This document shows, one piece after another, positions 46,690 through 56,592 of a stretch of 64,000 nt of DNA; position 1 is the first letter of the stretch; every line of letters begins with the position of its first letter. The notes beneath the pieces are model-generated. The model was not told where the DNA came from. It ran no database searches and worked only from the letters and a program-made list of their open reading frames with translations. Source of the stretch: Candidatus Doudnabacteria bacterium (GTDB taxonomy: Bacteria > Patescibacteriota > Doudnabacteria > UBA920); the NCBI GenBank assembly GCA_963837465.1, contig CAWINB010000004.1:458853-522852 (forward strand), written 5' to 3'. Position numbers and translations under genes: made by a program.

Positions 46690-47983
46690 ATGGAAACTGC
46701 AATTGTCGGCGTCCAGACCGAGCCTGAGAGAAAATTAAGTGTGTTGGATAAAATCTATTCTCGTCTGCGCAGGACCACCAATAATACATCTTTTATACCG
46801 CATATAGACGGATTGCGGTTTTTGGCAATTCTTCTCGTGGTCATGGAGCATGTCCACGGTTTGATTTTTAACAAATCGCCAATACCTTTTGCCGGTAACC
46901 CGACCATCAGCCAATGGTGGTTTTATGTTTTATTCCAAAACGGGCGCAAAGGGGTTTTATTGTTTTTTGTAATCAGCGGTTTTATTTTGGCTTTGCCTTT
47001 TGCCAAATATTATTGGCGTAACGAACAGGGTCCAAAAGGGGACAGCTCGCAATTGCAAAACAATAAACAAGCTAAGCCGGTTAATTTGAAAGCTTATTTT
47101 ATGCGCCGGTTAACCCGGCTGGAGCCGCCTTATATATTTAATTTAATTGCCTGTACTTTTTTATTAATCTGGTTTGGCCACCCGGATTTTGCCGGCCGCT
47201 TTGCCCATTTAAATTTTTTTGGCATCCTGCCCAGCCTGGCAGAGTCATTGGTTTACCTGCACAATATTATTTCGCCCAACGGTATGTACGTAAATACCGT
47301 AACCTGGTCGCTTGAGGTGGAAATCCAGTTTTATTTACTGGTACCACTTTTGGTGCAGATTTTAAAACTAAAAAAGCTTTACAGGCGTACGGCACTCGTT
47401 TTTTTAATCGGTTTTTTTATTTTTTTACAGCAGGTTTTTCCCACAAATTTATTGACCCTATACAGCTTCATTCAATACTTCCTGCTTGGCTTTTTGCTGG
47501 TTGACCTTTATCTTTCCGGATGGCAAACAAGCTTAAACAAATGGCTTTCCCTGTTAATTGGCATGTTGGTGTTGTTTAATATTTTATATATAGATATTTA
47601 CAGGACGTCTTGGACCGAATATCTTTTCGTTATTCTGGTGTTCGGTTTTTATACTTTGGTTTTTTGCAGTGACGTTTGGAAGAAAATTTTTAGTTGGCGC
47701 TTTTTCACTACCGTCGGCGGTATGTGTTACACCATTTACCTTTGGCACAACCCTATTGCTTCGGGGCTTGGTAACCACACCGTTTTGTCTGCAGCTGACT
47801 AATAACTACATTTTGGAAACATTGTGGCAGATGGCTTTACTGCTGCCTATGGTTTTGTTTTTTTCCGTTTGTTTTTTCCTGCTTATTGAACAGCCCTGCA
47901 TGGATAAAAATTGGCCAAAAAATTTATGGGGCTGGGTAAAAGCTAAATATTTACAGCTCCGCACAGCTGCAAAGCCGGTATAG
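46690..47983 (+). CDS. acyltransferase family 3 (OatA-like membrane O-acyltransferase). An apparent +1 frameshift at ~47790 truncates frame 1 at 47802, and the conserved C-terminal motif continues in frame +1 to 47983.
   Basis: HIDGLRFLAILLVVMEHV, CYTIYLWHNPIASG in frame 1. LETLWQMALLLPMVLFFSVCFFLLIEQPCMD (canonical ...IE.P end) in the +1 frame. Confidence 0.7.
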
Positions 47984-48007
47984 GTTTTTGATACCATATG
48001 ACCTTTA

Positions 48008-48036
48008 TTGACACCTAAAAACCCTTTTGCTATTAT
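48008..48036 (+). promoter_or_regulatory. sigma70-like promoter TTGACA-17-TATTAT upstream of a small HTH gene and wzx
   Basis: ttgaca 48008-48013, 17-nt spacer, tattat 48031-48036. RBS AAAGGGA before the ATG at 48054. Confidence 0.55.
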
Positions 48037-48053
48037 GGGATAAAGGGATTTTT

Positions 48054-48300
48054 ATGTCTGAAATTAAGCCAAACGAGGTTTATACCACCGCTGAAACCGA
48101 GCATTCTGCTAAAAGTCAGCAACAGCACAATAAAGCGCATGCTTAAAAGCGGACTGCTTAGGGCCAATAAAGTCGGCAAGCAGTACCGTATTTTAGGGCA
48201 TGAAATTTTGCGCCTAGTTTCACCGCGAGTTGAGGAAAAAGCGGTTAAGGCCTACCAAAAAATAAAAACCAAAACCAGGGAAAAAATTAACCAATGGTAG
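48054..48300 (+). CDS. small excisionase-family/MerR-like helix-turn-helix DNA-binding protein, split by an apparent +1 frameshift at ~48104-48106
   Basis: Frame 0 gives MSEIKPNEVYTTAETEH... and frame +1 gives LLKVSNSTIKRMLKSGLLRANKVGKQYRILGHEILRLV..., ending at TAG 48298-48300. Joined, it matches the excisionase-type HTH pattern (.T..E.A..L.VS..T..R....G.L.A.K.G...RI....L). Confidence 0.5.
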
Positions 48301-48301
48301 C

Positions 48302-49834
48302 ATGCAACCGGACGAAGTTTCGTTGAGCCAAAAAACCATAAAAAATTCCGCGTACTCTTTTTTGGGCTACACCTGGCCTATTGTTTTTTCTATTTTTATA
48401 ACCCCGGTGGTAGTAAAAAAATTGGGCATTACAGACTTCGGCGTTTACACCCTTGTTAATACTATTATAGGTTTTTTAACGCTGATTGACTTAGGCCTCA
48501 ACATTGCATTGGTCAAGTATATTTCCGAGTATTACGCAAAAAAAGATTTTATTAGCCTGGAGAGGCTGCTGTCTTCGGCCAGGTCGCTTTACGCTATTAT
48601 TGGTTTTGTGGGGCTTGGGGTTTTTGTTGTATTGGGCAAATATGGCATGTCTGCATTTAATATTTCCGGCGCTTACCAGGCTCAGTTATTTCCGGTGTTC
48701 CTGTTGGCCGGGCTAACCTTTTTTGTTAATTCCCTGGGCTGGGTCTATGCCAACTGTTTTCCCGGCCTGCAGCGTTACGACATTTATCATAAGTTGAACA
48801 TAAGCCAGCTGACTTTTTTAAATATTTTAATTCTAGTTGCCGTACTTATGGGCTATAAGCTCAAGGTTATTTTTGCCCTAAATGTTTTGGCTGTAGGGGC
48901 TTTGTACATTGGCTACCGGTTAAACATAAAAAAAGTATTGCCGGGTATAAAAATAACTTACGCCTGGCATTGGGAAGAAATAAAAAAGAGCTATAAATTT
49001 GGTTTTATTGCTGCAATGGGCAGCCTGGCCCAAAGTGCCTTGGTGCAGCTGGACAGGCTAATTATTCCAGTATTTACAGGGCCGGCCGTTTTGTCTTATT
49101 ATAGCTTGCCGGGAAACGTTGCGCAGAAAACATCCGGTATTACAGCCAGCCTGGCAGCTTCCGTATTTCCCATGGCCAGTAGCTTAAACGCTTCCGGTGA
49201 GGATGCCAAAAACAAGAACCTTTACAGGAAAATGGTCCGTTTGGTTACAATTATCGCCGCAGGTTTTACTGTTGCGATTATGGCTTTTTCCTATAAAATT
49301 CTACTGTTTTGGCTAAATAAAGATTTTGCAGACAAAGGCTACATTATTTTAATTATCCTTGCGGCAGTGTATTTTATTTTAGCGCTTTACGCGCCGCTAA
49401 CCAATTATTTAATGGGTATTGGCAAGATAAAATTTTTAACTTCCTGGTCAATTACCCTTGCTGTACTAAACCTTATTGCCCTGTTGCTGCTGGTGCCTTA
49501 CTATGGCATACTGGGCGCGGCCTGGGCTTATGCTATTGGCGTTTTGCCCATCCCGTTAATTTTTTTAATGGTAGAAAGGAATTTTTTAAAATTCACAGGC
49601 ATAGGAATTTTTTACTTAAAACTCTATTCAAAAATAGTTTTTACTGCCGCGGTTTTTTTGCTACTGTCTAAATTTGTCCTTATTCCCCTGATAGTCAATT
49701 TGTTCAGCTTGCTGGTAATTGGGCCTTTGTCCGTTGCACTGTACTTTGTTCTGTATAAGGTTTTTGGTTTTGTCGATCCCGAAGACTGGGATATGTTAAA
49801 AGTTTTTTTACGAAAATTAAAAAGTAAATTTTAA
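48302..49834 (+). CDS. wzx: polysaccharide biosynthesis protein / oligosaccharide flippase (Wzx, MOP superfamily)
   Basis: About 12-14 TM helices. SQKTIKNSAYSFLGYTWPIVFS start, typical Polysacc_synt organisation. Confidence 0.8.
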   Translation: MQPDEVSLSQKTIKNSAYSFLGYTWPIVFSIFITPVVVKKLGITDFGVYTLVNTIIGFLTLIDLGLNIALVKYISEYYAKKDFISLERLLSSARSLYAIIGFVGLGVFVVLGKYGMSAFNISGAYQAQLFPVFLLAGLTFFVNSLGWVYANCFPGLQRYDIYHKLNISQLTFLNILILVAVLMGYKLKVIFALNVLAVGALYIGYRLNIKKVLPGIKITYAWHWEEIKKSYKFGFIAAMGSLAQSALVQLDRLIIPVFTGPAVLSYYSLPGNVAQKTSGITASLAASVFPMASSLNASGEDAKNKNLYRKMVRLVTIIAAGFTVAIMAFSYKILLFWLNKDFADKGYIILIILAAVYFILALYAPLTNYLMGIGKIKFLTSWSITLAVLNLIALLLLVPYYGILGAAWAYAIGVLPIPLIFLMVERNFLKFTGIGIFYLKLYSKIVFTAAVFLLLSKFVLIPLIVNLFSLLVIGPLSVALYFVLYKVFGFVDPEDWDMLKVFLRKLKSKF

Positions 49835-49837
49835 AAA

Positions 49838-50596
49838 ATGAATTATCAAAAAGTTAATTATTCCTGGAGGGTAAAAATAGAAAATATTTTGGACAAAACG
49901 CTAGGCTTGTTTTTGTTCCAGTATAAAAAAAGGGACAACATGTTTAACTTTTTTTATAACTGCCTGGTCTACCAGCATATTACCTGCGCCGACTACAGCC
50001 CCAAGTATAACTACTATGAATTCGGGGTGGCCGGCGGCGGCTCAATAGAAATTTATATTTTGGCTTTAAAAAAGTTTTGTAAAAAATATAAGTTTAACAT
50101 AAATAAATTCCATATTTACACTTTTGACAGCTTTTCGGGACTGCCGGAAGTTAAAGAAGGGGACGAACACCTGCACTGGTACAAGGGGCTTATGGCCCAC
50201 CAGGAGCAGGAAGTTATGGCCAAAGTTAAGCGCCACAGCTTTCCGGAAAGAAACTTCCATATTGTAAAAGGCTATTTTGAAAATTCTCTGACCCCACAAC
50301 TGCAGGAGCAGCTTAAGCAATTCAAACCTGCATTCATAAACATAGATTGCGATTATTATTCTTCAACTATGACCGTATTTAACTGGTTGTTACCCCTGCT
50401 TGGCAGCGGCGCGATTTTTAGGTTTGATGACATTTGGGCTTTCCAGGGTAACCCGGAATACGGAGAATTAAAAGCTATTAATGAGCTCAACAAAAAGCAA
50501 GTTGGTTTTTTAACTCCTTTCCCGATTTGCGGCTTGCCCTCTTATGCCTATATTTTTTCCCGGCCGAAATTTGAATACAGCCGGGAAGGGCAGTAA
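49838..50596 (+). CDS. TylF/MycF-family SAM-dependent (sugar) O-methyltransferase
   Basis: EFGVAGGGS glycine motif and INIDCDYYSST (the DgDlYeST metal-binding signature). Confidence 0.65.
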   Translation: MNYQKVNYSWRVKIENILDKTLGLFLFQYKKRDNMFNFFYNCLVYQHITCADYSPKYNYYEFGVAGGGSIEIYILALKKFCKKYKFNINKFHIYTFDSFSGLPEVKEGDEHLHWYKGLMAHQEQEVMAKVKRHSFPERNFHIVKGYFENSLTPQLQEQLKQFKPAFINIDCDYYSSTMTVFNWLLPLLGSGAIFRFDDIWAFQGNPEYGELKAINELNKKQVGFLTPFPICGLPSYAYIFSRPKFEYSREGQ

Positions 50597-50606
50597 TCCA
50601 ACGACT

Positions 50607-51509
50607 ATGACACAAAAAAAAGTCAGTGCCATAACCTCGGTGTATAAAGGCGAAAAATATTTGGCCGCATTTTTGGCCAACTGCTCAGGCCAAACCATAA
50701 AAAATAGCTTGGAAATTGTTTTGGTTCATAACCAGCCTTCGGACAAGGAAACAGAAATAGTTAAGCAATTCCAAAACCAGCACCCGGGCCTGCTTAACCA
50801 TATTGTAGTAGCAAGGGAGCCTTTGGCTATTTCTACCAACAGAGCTATAAAAGCGGCGGCCGGAGAGTATGTTTGCATTTGGAACGTAGACGATTTGCGC
50901 ACTCCCGACTCTTTGGAAATAATGGCCCGTACTTTGGACTCAAACCCCAAAGCAGGTTTTACTTACGGAGACTATATAATTGTCCGCCAATGGGAGTCTA
51001 AAAATGGCCGCCTAATAACCGAGCCGGAATTTGAAAAAAAAATTTTCATACAAGGCATGCACCTGGGTCCGTTTTACATGTGGCGCAAAAGTTTGTGCGA
51101 AAAGTTAGGCTATTGGGATGAGCAGTTTAAAAGCGGCGCGGATTTTGACTATGCCGCGCGCCTGGCTTTGGAAGCAGCCGGTAAAAAAACCAACGGCCTT
51201 TTGGGCTATTATTTAGACGAAGGCCTGGGTCTTTCTACCGGCAAGACACCCTGGCAGCCAATTGAGCGCACTACCATTGAGCTTCGGTTCGGGGTTTATA
51301 AAAAGCTGGATTTTTGGTATTATAATAGGGCAAAAAAATACCGGGTTAACAATATCCTTTTAGACGGCCAGTGGTATGCCGTTGAGCATTTTGCGCCAAG
51401 CATCCAGGCAGCCACGCAAAGTAAATTTTTTGTGCTTTACGCCATAATAAGATATCCGTTTTGGGTTTTAAAAAGGATTTACAATAAAGTTGCGAGAAGT
51501 TTAATTTAA
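50607..51509 (+). CDS. glycosyltransferase family 2 (GT-A)
   Basis: ITSVYKGEKYL start and DxD-type IWNVDDLRTPDSL. The start MTQKKVSAI at 50607 is preferred over the ORF-track 50544 start, which overlaps the previous gene. Confidence 0.8.
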   Translation: MTQKKVSAITSVYKGEKYLAAFLANCSGQTIKNSLEIVLVHNQPSDKETEIVKQFQNQHPGLLNHIVVAREPLAISTNRAIKAAAGEYVCIWNVDDLRTPDSLEIMARTLDSNPKAGFTYGDYIIVRQWESKNGRLITEPEFEKKIFIQGMHLGPFYMWRKSLCEKLGYWDEQFKSGADFDYAARLALEAAGKKTNGLLGYYLDEGLGLSTGKTPWQPIERTTIELRFGVYKKLDFWYYNRAKKYRVNNILLDGQWYAVEHFAPSIQAATQSKFFVLYAIIRYPFWVLKRIYNKVARSLI

Positions 51510-51515
51510 TTTTTT

Positions 51516-52499
51516 ATGGATAAAAAAACAGCATTGGTTTGTGGCGCGGGCGGGTTTATTGGCAGCCATTTGGTCAAACAGCTAAAAAAAGAAGGCTACT
51601 GGGTTAGGGGAACGGACTTAAAAGACCCGGAGTTCAGCAAGACAGAGGCTGATGATTTTGTGCTGGGTGATTTACGCGACGTAGAAGTATGGAAAAAAAT
51701 ACTAGACCAGCCATTTGACGAAGTTTACCAGCTGGCGGCGGACATGGGCGGCGCAGGGTATATTTTTACCGGGGAACACGATGCCGATGTTATGCATAAC
51801 TCGGCAACCATAAACTTAAACGCGGTTTACTACGGCAACAAAGCGGGCATAAAAAAGATTTTTTATTCGTCCTCAGCGTGCATTTACCCAAAACGTAACC
51901 AGCTGGACCCAAATAACCCCATGTGCAGTGAAGACTCTGCTTATCCGGCTGAGCCTGACAGCGAGTATGGCTGGGAAAAACTTTTTAGCGAACGGGTTTA
52001 TTTTTCATTTAAGCGCAATTACGGCTTAAACGTAAGAGTAGCCAGGTTCCACAATATTTTTGGTCCGGAAACCGCCTGGACAGGCGGGCGAGACAAAGCC
52101 CCTGCTGCAATTTGCCGCAAAGTCGCGGAAGCTCCGGACGGAGGAGTGGTGGAAATTTGGGGCGACGGCAACCAAACGCGCTCGTTTTTGTACGTGGATG
52201 AATGCGTAGAAGGTATAAGACGTTTTATGGACAGTAAAGATTTTGACGGGCCTTTAAACATAGGCTCTGAAGAAATGGTTACCATAAACGAACTGACTGA
52301 AATGGTTATTGCCTTGTCCGGTAAAAAACTGGAAATAAAACATATCGCAGGGCCGCTTGGGGTAAAAGGGCGTAATTCCCACAATGAACTTATTCGCAAC
52401 AAGCTGAATTGGGAACCTACCGTGAAGCTAAAAGACGGCATGACAAAAATGTATGCCTGGGTTTCGGAGCAGGTTGAAAAAGCAAAAAATAATAAATAA
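51516..52499 (+). CDS. NAD-dependent epimerase/dehydratase (extended SDR) family protein
   Basis: ALVCGAGGFIGSHLV Rossmann motif, SSSACIY, YxxxK (YGWEK). Confidence 0.8.
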   Translation: MDKKTALVCGAGGFIGSHLVKQLKKEGYWVRGTDLKDPEFSKTEADDFVLGDLRDVEVWKKILDQPFDEVYQLAADMGGAGYIFTGEHDADVMHNSATINLNAVYYGNKAGIKKIFYSSSACIYPKRNQLDPNNPMCSEDSAYPAEPDSEYGWEKLFSERVYFSFKRNYGLNVRVARFHNIFGPETAWTGGRDKAPAAICRKVAEAPDGGVVEIWGDGNQTRSFLYVDECVEGIRRFMDSKDFDGPLNIGSEEMVTINELTEMVIALSGKKLEIKHIAGPLGVKGRNSHNELIRNKLNWEPTVKLKDGMTKMYAWVSEQVEKAKNNK

Positions 52500-52510
52500 T
52501 AAATAATTTT

Positions 52511-52954
52511 ATGCAAAAAATTTGGCTGTCGGATAAAGACTACAATTTTATTTATGGCCGGGTGCCCAGGCTTTGCGTGGATTTGGTTATAAAAGACAAA
52601 AATGGGCTTTTGTTGACGCTGCGGGATATTGAGCCGGGAAAAAATACCTGGCACTTTCCTGGAGGCCGGGTTAAATTCAGGGAAACAATAACCCAAGCCG
52701 CCTCCAGGATAGCCAAAGCCGAGCTGGGCGTAAAAATAAAGCTTATTAAGCCTTTAGGCGTACTGGAATTTTTAGACGAAGTACAGGACAAAAACCTCCG
52801 CCACAGTGTGAGTTTGGCCTTTGCGACAAAAATTGTTTCCGGCAAGCCCATGGGCGGCTGGCAAGCGCAAAAAATTGGGTTTTTTAAAAAACTTCCCAAG
52901 CGTGTATATCAGGGACATAAAAAGTTTTTAGTTAAGAATAAAATACTTAAATAA
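52511..52954 (+). CDS. Nudix hydrolase, GDP-mannose mannosyl hydrolase (Gmm/WcaH)-like
   Basis: Nudix box PGGRVKFRETITQAASRIAKAELGV. N-terminal PRLCVDLVIKDKNGLLLTLRDIEPGKNTWHFPGG is collinear with E. coli WcaH. Confidence 0.6.
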   Translation: MQKIWLSDKDYNFIYGRVPRLCVDLVIKDKNGLLLTLRDIEPGKNTWHFPGGRVKFRETITQAASRIAKAELGVKIKLIKPLGVLEFLDEVQDKNLRHSVSLAFATKIVSGKPMGGWQAQKIGFFKKLPKRVYQGHKKFLVKNKILK

Positions 52955-53028
52955 GTTTTTAAAAAAAATAATATACCCCACAAACTTGACTACAGGTTTG
53001 TGGGATATTGTTGCTTGTTGGTTTGCCG

Positions 53029-53790
53029 CTATTGGCCCTGGCTTTGCTCTGCTGCAAGAACCGCTTCATGTATGAGCATGGGCAATTCAAACGGGCTCAC
53101 CTCCGGTCCTACCAGGGCGGCAAGAAGCGCCTCTACGCGTTTGCCAACATAACGTTGGGCTTCGTAGGCGCTTTGGCCGAAGAAGTAGCTGCGCCCCTGC
53201 ATGTTGAGCAAGGCGTAGTTGGCGTTGGCTTCTTTGGCGTCCATGCGCCTATCGAAGTCGTTCTTGCCCTACGCAGCGGGCTGAACCGGTTCGGTTCCTT
53301 TGGTGAAGTCGTCGACGTAATGGATGGCCAGCCTGGACAACTGAAGCTCGTTTATCCCTCCCGGCACGTTCAACAAGGCTTGGATGCCGTCTTCCCTGAG
53401 CAGGGAGTCGTGACCAACGGAATCGGCCAGCATAATGAGATGCCCGGCAAAGCCTTGATCGGAGATTAATTTGGTGGCCTTGCGGTACGCCGCATTGAAC
53501 GCCTTCCAGGTTTTTCCGTGTTTCTTAATGAACTCGATCTCCTGGCGTTTACAGGCATCATGCAGCAACGCGCCAATCACCGCACTGCTCAGGTAGCCTT
53601 CGTTAATTCCAAGCATGCCGCAGAGCACAGCCATCCCATGTCTTCGGCCTCTGTGCCAACTTGCAGCAGATGCTTATGGTAAAACTCCTCGACCAGCTTT
53701 TCCTTCAAACGATAGGAAGGAATTTGCTTCTTATCGTTAAAAAACAATCCGGTACCAACATTTTCTTTACCCCTTAAACTTGTATTACAC
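53029..53790 (-). pseudogene. decayed HD-domain phosphohydrolase gene (multiple frame disruptions) in a conspicuously GC-rich ~0.8-kb segment
   Basis: Minus-strand fragments KKQIPSYRLKEKLVEEFYHKHLLQVGTEAEDM, then AVLCGMLGINEGYLSSAVIGALLHDACK and HLIMLADSVGHD in different frames, then a further fragment. GC visibly above flanks. Confidence 0.5.
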
Positions 53791-53919
53791 AGCTAAAAAT
53801 TATATCGTTAATTGGTCATTATGTCAACCATCCAGTATAAAAACCGGTTATATTGCAGCATGTATTAAGGTCTGCTACTATTATTTGTATTGGATATATT
53901 TTACTTAGTTTTTTGAACT

Positions 53920-54861
53920 ATGGATTTAAAAAATAAAAAAATTCTGGTAACAGGGGGCGCCGGTTTTATTGGCTTTCATTTGGTAGCGGCTTTGCTTAAA
54001 CAGGGGGCTAAAGTAGTTGTGGTAGATAGTTTAATTACAGGCCGAAAAGAAAATTTGCACAAGCAGGCAACATTTTATAAACTGGATATTAATGACCCGG
54101 CTTTTGAAACTGTGTTTAAAAAAGAAAAGCCCGAAGTGGTTTATATGTTGGCTTTTAACACCAATGTGCCCAGGTCAGTTAAAGACCCGGTGTTCGACAA
54201 CGCCAGCATTACAGGCAGCCTTAAGACTTTGGAATTTTCCAGGAAATACGGGGTAAAAAAAGTTGTTTTTTCCTCAACCAGTTTTGTTTACGGAAACACC
54301 AAAAATTTACCTACACCGGAAACAGAAGCCGCCAGTCCGGAAAACCCGTATATTATTTCCAAACATACCGTGGAAAACTATGTCAGGTTTTACGGCCGCA
54401 CCTACGGGTTGGATTATGTAATTTTCAGGTACGCCACAACTTATGGCCCCGGGCAAACCGGCGGAGCCATGGCCGACTATGTTCGCTGTATTGATTCCGG
54501 CAAACAGGCGGAAATTTATGGCGACGGTAAAAAAACCAGGGACTACATGTACGTGGGGGACATAGTCAGAGCCAACATTATGGCTGCCTCTTACAAACCA
54601 CAAAAAGGAATTTTGCCCCTGTTTAACTTAAGTACCGGCAAAGAAACAACGCTTTACCAATTGTACAAAAAAATCGCAAGGCTTTTGGGGAAGCCACAGG
54701 CAGAACCGAAGTTTTGCCCCGACCGCCCCGGGGAAATGTACCGCTCCAAACTGAATAATTCAAAAGCAAAAAAATATTTTAAATGGCAGCCAAAATTTAG
54801 TTTAGATGCAGGCTTAGCGGAAACAATAGGTTATTTTAAAAAATTAAACGGCAAAAAATAG
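53920..54861 (+). CDS. NAD-dependent epimerase/dehydratase (UDP-glucose 4-epimerase-like)
   Basis: ILVTGGAGFIGFHLV, SSTSFVYG, YxxxK (YIISK). Confidence 0.8.
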   Translation: MDLKNKKILVTGGAGFIGFHLVAALLKQGAKVVVVDSLITGRKENLHKQATFYKLDINDPAFETVFKKEKPEVVYMLAFNTNVPRSVKDPVFDNASITGSLKTLEFSRKYGVKKVVFSSTSFVYGNTKNLPTPETEAASPENPYIISKHTVENYVRFYGRTYGLDYVIFRYATTYGPGQTGGAMADYVRCIDSGKQAEIYGDGKKTRDYMYVGDIVRANIMAASYKPQKGILPLFNLSTGKETTLYQLYKKIARLLGKPQAEPKFCPDRPGEMYRSKLNNSKAKKYFKWQPKFSLDAGLAETIGYFKKLNGKK

Positions 54862-54868
54862 TACGGGC

Positions 54869-55621
54869 ATGCTCAATACTACAAAAAAAAGTTTAAACGA
54901 TATTCTTTCTGCTGTTCCGGTAGGCCATAAAGTTTTAGATGTTGGCGGGGCTGCTGCCCCAATGAAGCGGGCCGACTATGTAATAGACATTGTCCCTTTT
55001 GAAGGCGTGAATTTTGGTTATGCCAAAGGCTTGGGTGAAGTTCGTTTGGACAAAAGCCGCTATACCCAGCATGATATTTGTAACCGCCAGCCCTGGCCGT
55101 ATCCGGATAAGTTTTTTGACTACGTAATTTGCTCGCACGTTTTAGAAGACGTCCGCGACCCTCTTTGGGTTTGCTCCGAGCTTATTAGGGTTAGCAAAGC
55201 CGGTTACATAGAAACCCCGTCGCGCATGTATGAAACAACTTTTAACATTGAGGCCAATGGCCTTGCCGGAGCTTCCCACCACCACTGGATTGTAGAAGTG
55301 GTAAAGTCAAAACTTCAGTTTACTTTTAAGTATTTTTTTGTGCATAGTAGGTACGTGAACAAAAGTAAGACTCGGCTTTCCAGTTTGGGGCAAAATGCTA
55401 TTTTACAGGCAGAATGGCAGGACAGTTTTGACTATTCGGAAAATTGGCTGGCAGACGATAAGGCTATATTTGAATATTATTTAAACCGGCCAATAACTAA
55501 TAAAGAAAGGTGGAAAATCCGTCGGCAGGTAGGGCCCAGAAATTTTATTGTTGAGTGGCTGGCTTACTTTAAAAACACCAGCCCAGCGGCAGGACGAATG
55601 TTTAAGAAATGGAAAAAATGA
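54869..55621 (+). CDS. putative SAM-dependent methyltransferase (divergent)
   Basis: VLDVGGAAAP glycine-rich motif, DYVICSHVLEDVRDP post-I region. Confidence 0.45.
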   Translation: MLNTTKKSLNDILSAVPVGHKVLDVGGAAAPMKRADYVIDIVPFEGVNFGYAKGLGEVRLDKSRYTQHDICNRQPWPYPDKFFDYVICSHVLEDVRDPLWVCSELIRVSKAGYIETPSRMYETTFNIEANGLAGASHHHWIVEVVKSKLQFTFKYFFVHSRYVNKSKTRLSSLGQNAILQAEWQDSFDYSENWLADDKAIFEYYLNRPITNKERWKIRRQVGPRNFIVEWLAYFKNTSPAAGRMFKKWKK

Positions 55622-56583
55622 AAAAAATTGTAGTCATGCCCGTAAAAAATGAAGCCTGGATTATAGAAAAAACTCTGCAGGCTTTGTCTTTGTGGGCCGA
55701 CAACATTATTATTGCCGACCAAAACTCAACAGACGGCTGTTTGGAAATTTATAAAAAATTTCCAAAAGTCATAGTAATAAATAATCCCGCAAACTACCAT
55801 TCCAGCAACGTCAGGAAATTACTTTTGGAGCAAGCCAGGAAAGTGTCGGTTAACAGTGCAATTTTTAGTTTTGACGCAGACGAAATTCCTACCGTAGAAA
55901 TATTGCAGCCAAAATTTTGGCAGCAAGTTGAAAAATTACCAATTGGTTCTGCCATAGAAATGCAGTGGGTGCAGTTATGGCGTTCAGCAGAACAGTACAG
56001 GGACGACGCATCGGTTTGGTCAAACAGCTGGAAAGTTTTTGGTTTTATAGACGACCCGAGCATGGAGTACGACAACCTAAATGTAATAAACGACCATACT
56101 TCCCGCGTGCCCCAGGCCTCGCTAAAAAATGTTATAAGGTTTTCAGAGCCTAAGGTTCTGCATTACCAGTTTACCAACTGGCAGCGGATGTTGGTTAAAC
56201 AAGTTTATTACAGGATAATGGAATTAATTAAGCGTCAGGCTGGTTTTTGGCAAACGCTTAAAATTAACCTGCGCTACCGTATAACAGAAGACGAACGAGG
56301 TTTGGTATTAAAAGACGTGCCGGAAACTTGGGTAAAAGACTACGAGCTCCAGGGTATAAGTTTAAAAAATTTGCCTGCTGGGCAGTCGTCCTGGTTTGAA
56401 CAAGAGATTGCCGAGTTGTTTAACCGTTACGGTGTAAAGAAATTTTCCGGGCTGGATATTTGGGATAACGCAAAGAACTCCAAGCAAAAAGACCCGCGCG
56501 GCAAATTTACAAAATGGTGGCAAGGACGCCTGGATTTAATAGGGGACTTGGTCAATTGGTTCCGTAAACAGAAAAGTAACTAA
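55609..56583 (+). CDS. glycosyltransferase family 2-like protein
   Basis: VVMPVKNEAWIIEKTLQAL...IIIADQNSTDG (GT2 N-terminal signature), SFDADEIP. Confidence 0.6.
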   Translation: MEKMKKIVVMPVKNEAWIIEKTLQALSLWADNIIIADQNSTDGCLEIYKKFPKVIVINNPANYHSSNVRKLLLEQARKVSVNSAIFSFDADEIPTVEILQPKFWQQVEKLPIGSAIEMQWVQLWRSAEQYRDDASVWSNSWKVFGFIDDPSMEYDNLNVINDHTSRVPQASLKNVIRFSEPKVLHYQFTNWQRMLVKQVYYRIMELIKRQAGFWQTLKINLRYRITEDERGLVLKDVPETWVKDYELQGISLKNLPAGQSSWFEQEIAELFNRYGVKKFSGLDIWDNAKNSKQKDPRGKFTKWWQGRLDLIGDLVNWFRKQKSN

Positions 56584-56592
56584 CTTTTTATT

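Noticed and set aside
53008-53469. 153-aa plus-strand ORF
   Set aside because: Antisense to the HD-hydrolase pseudogene in a GC-rich segment. No motif.
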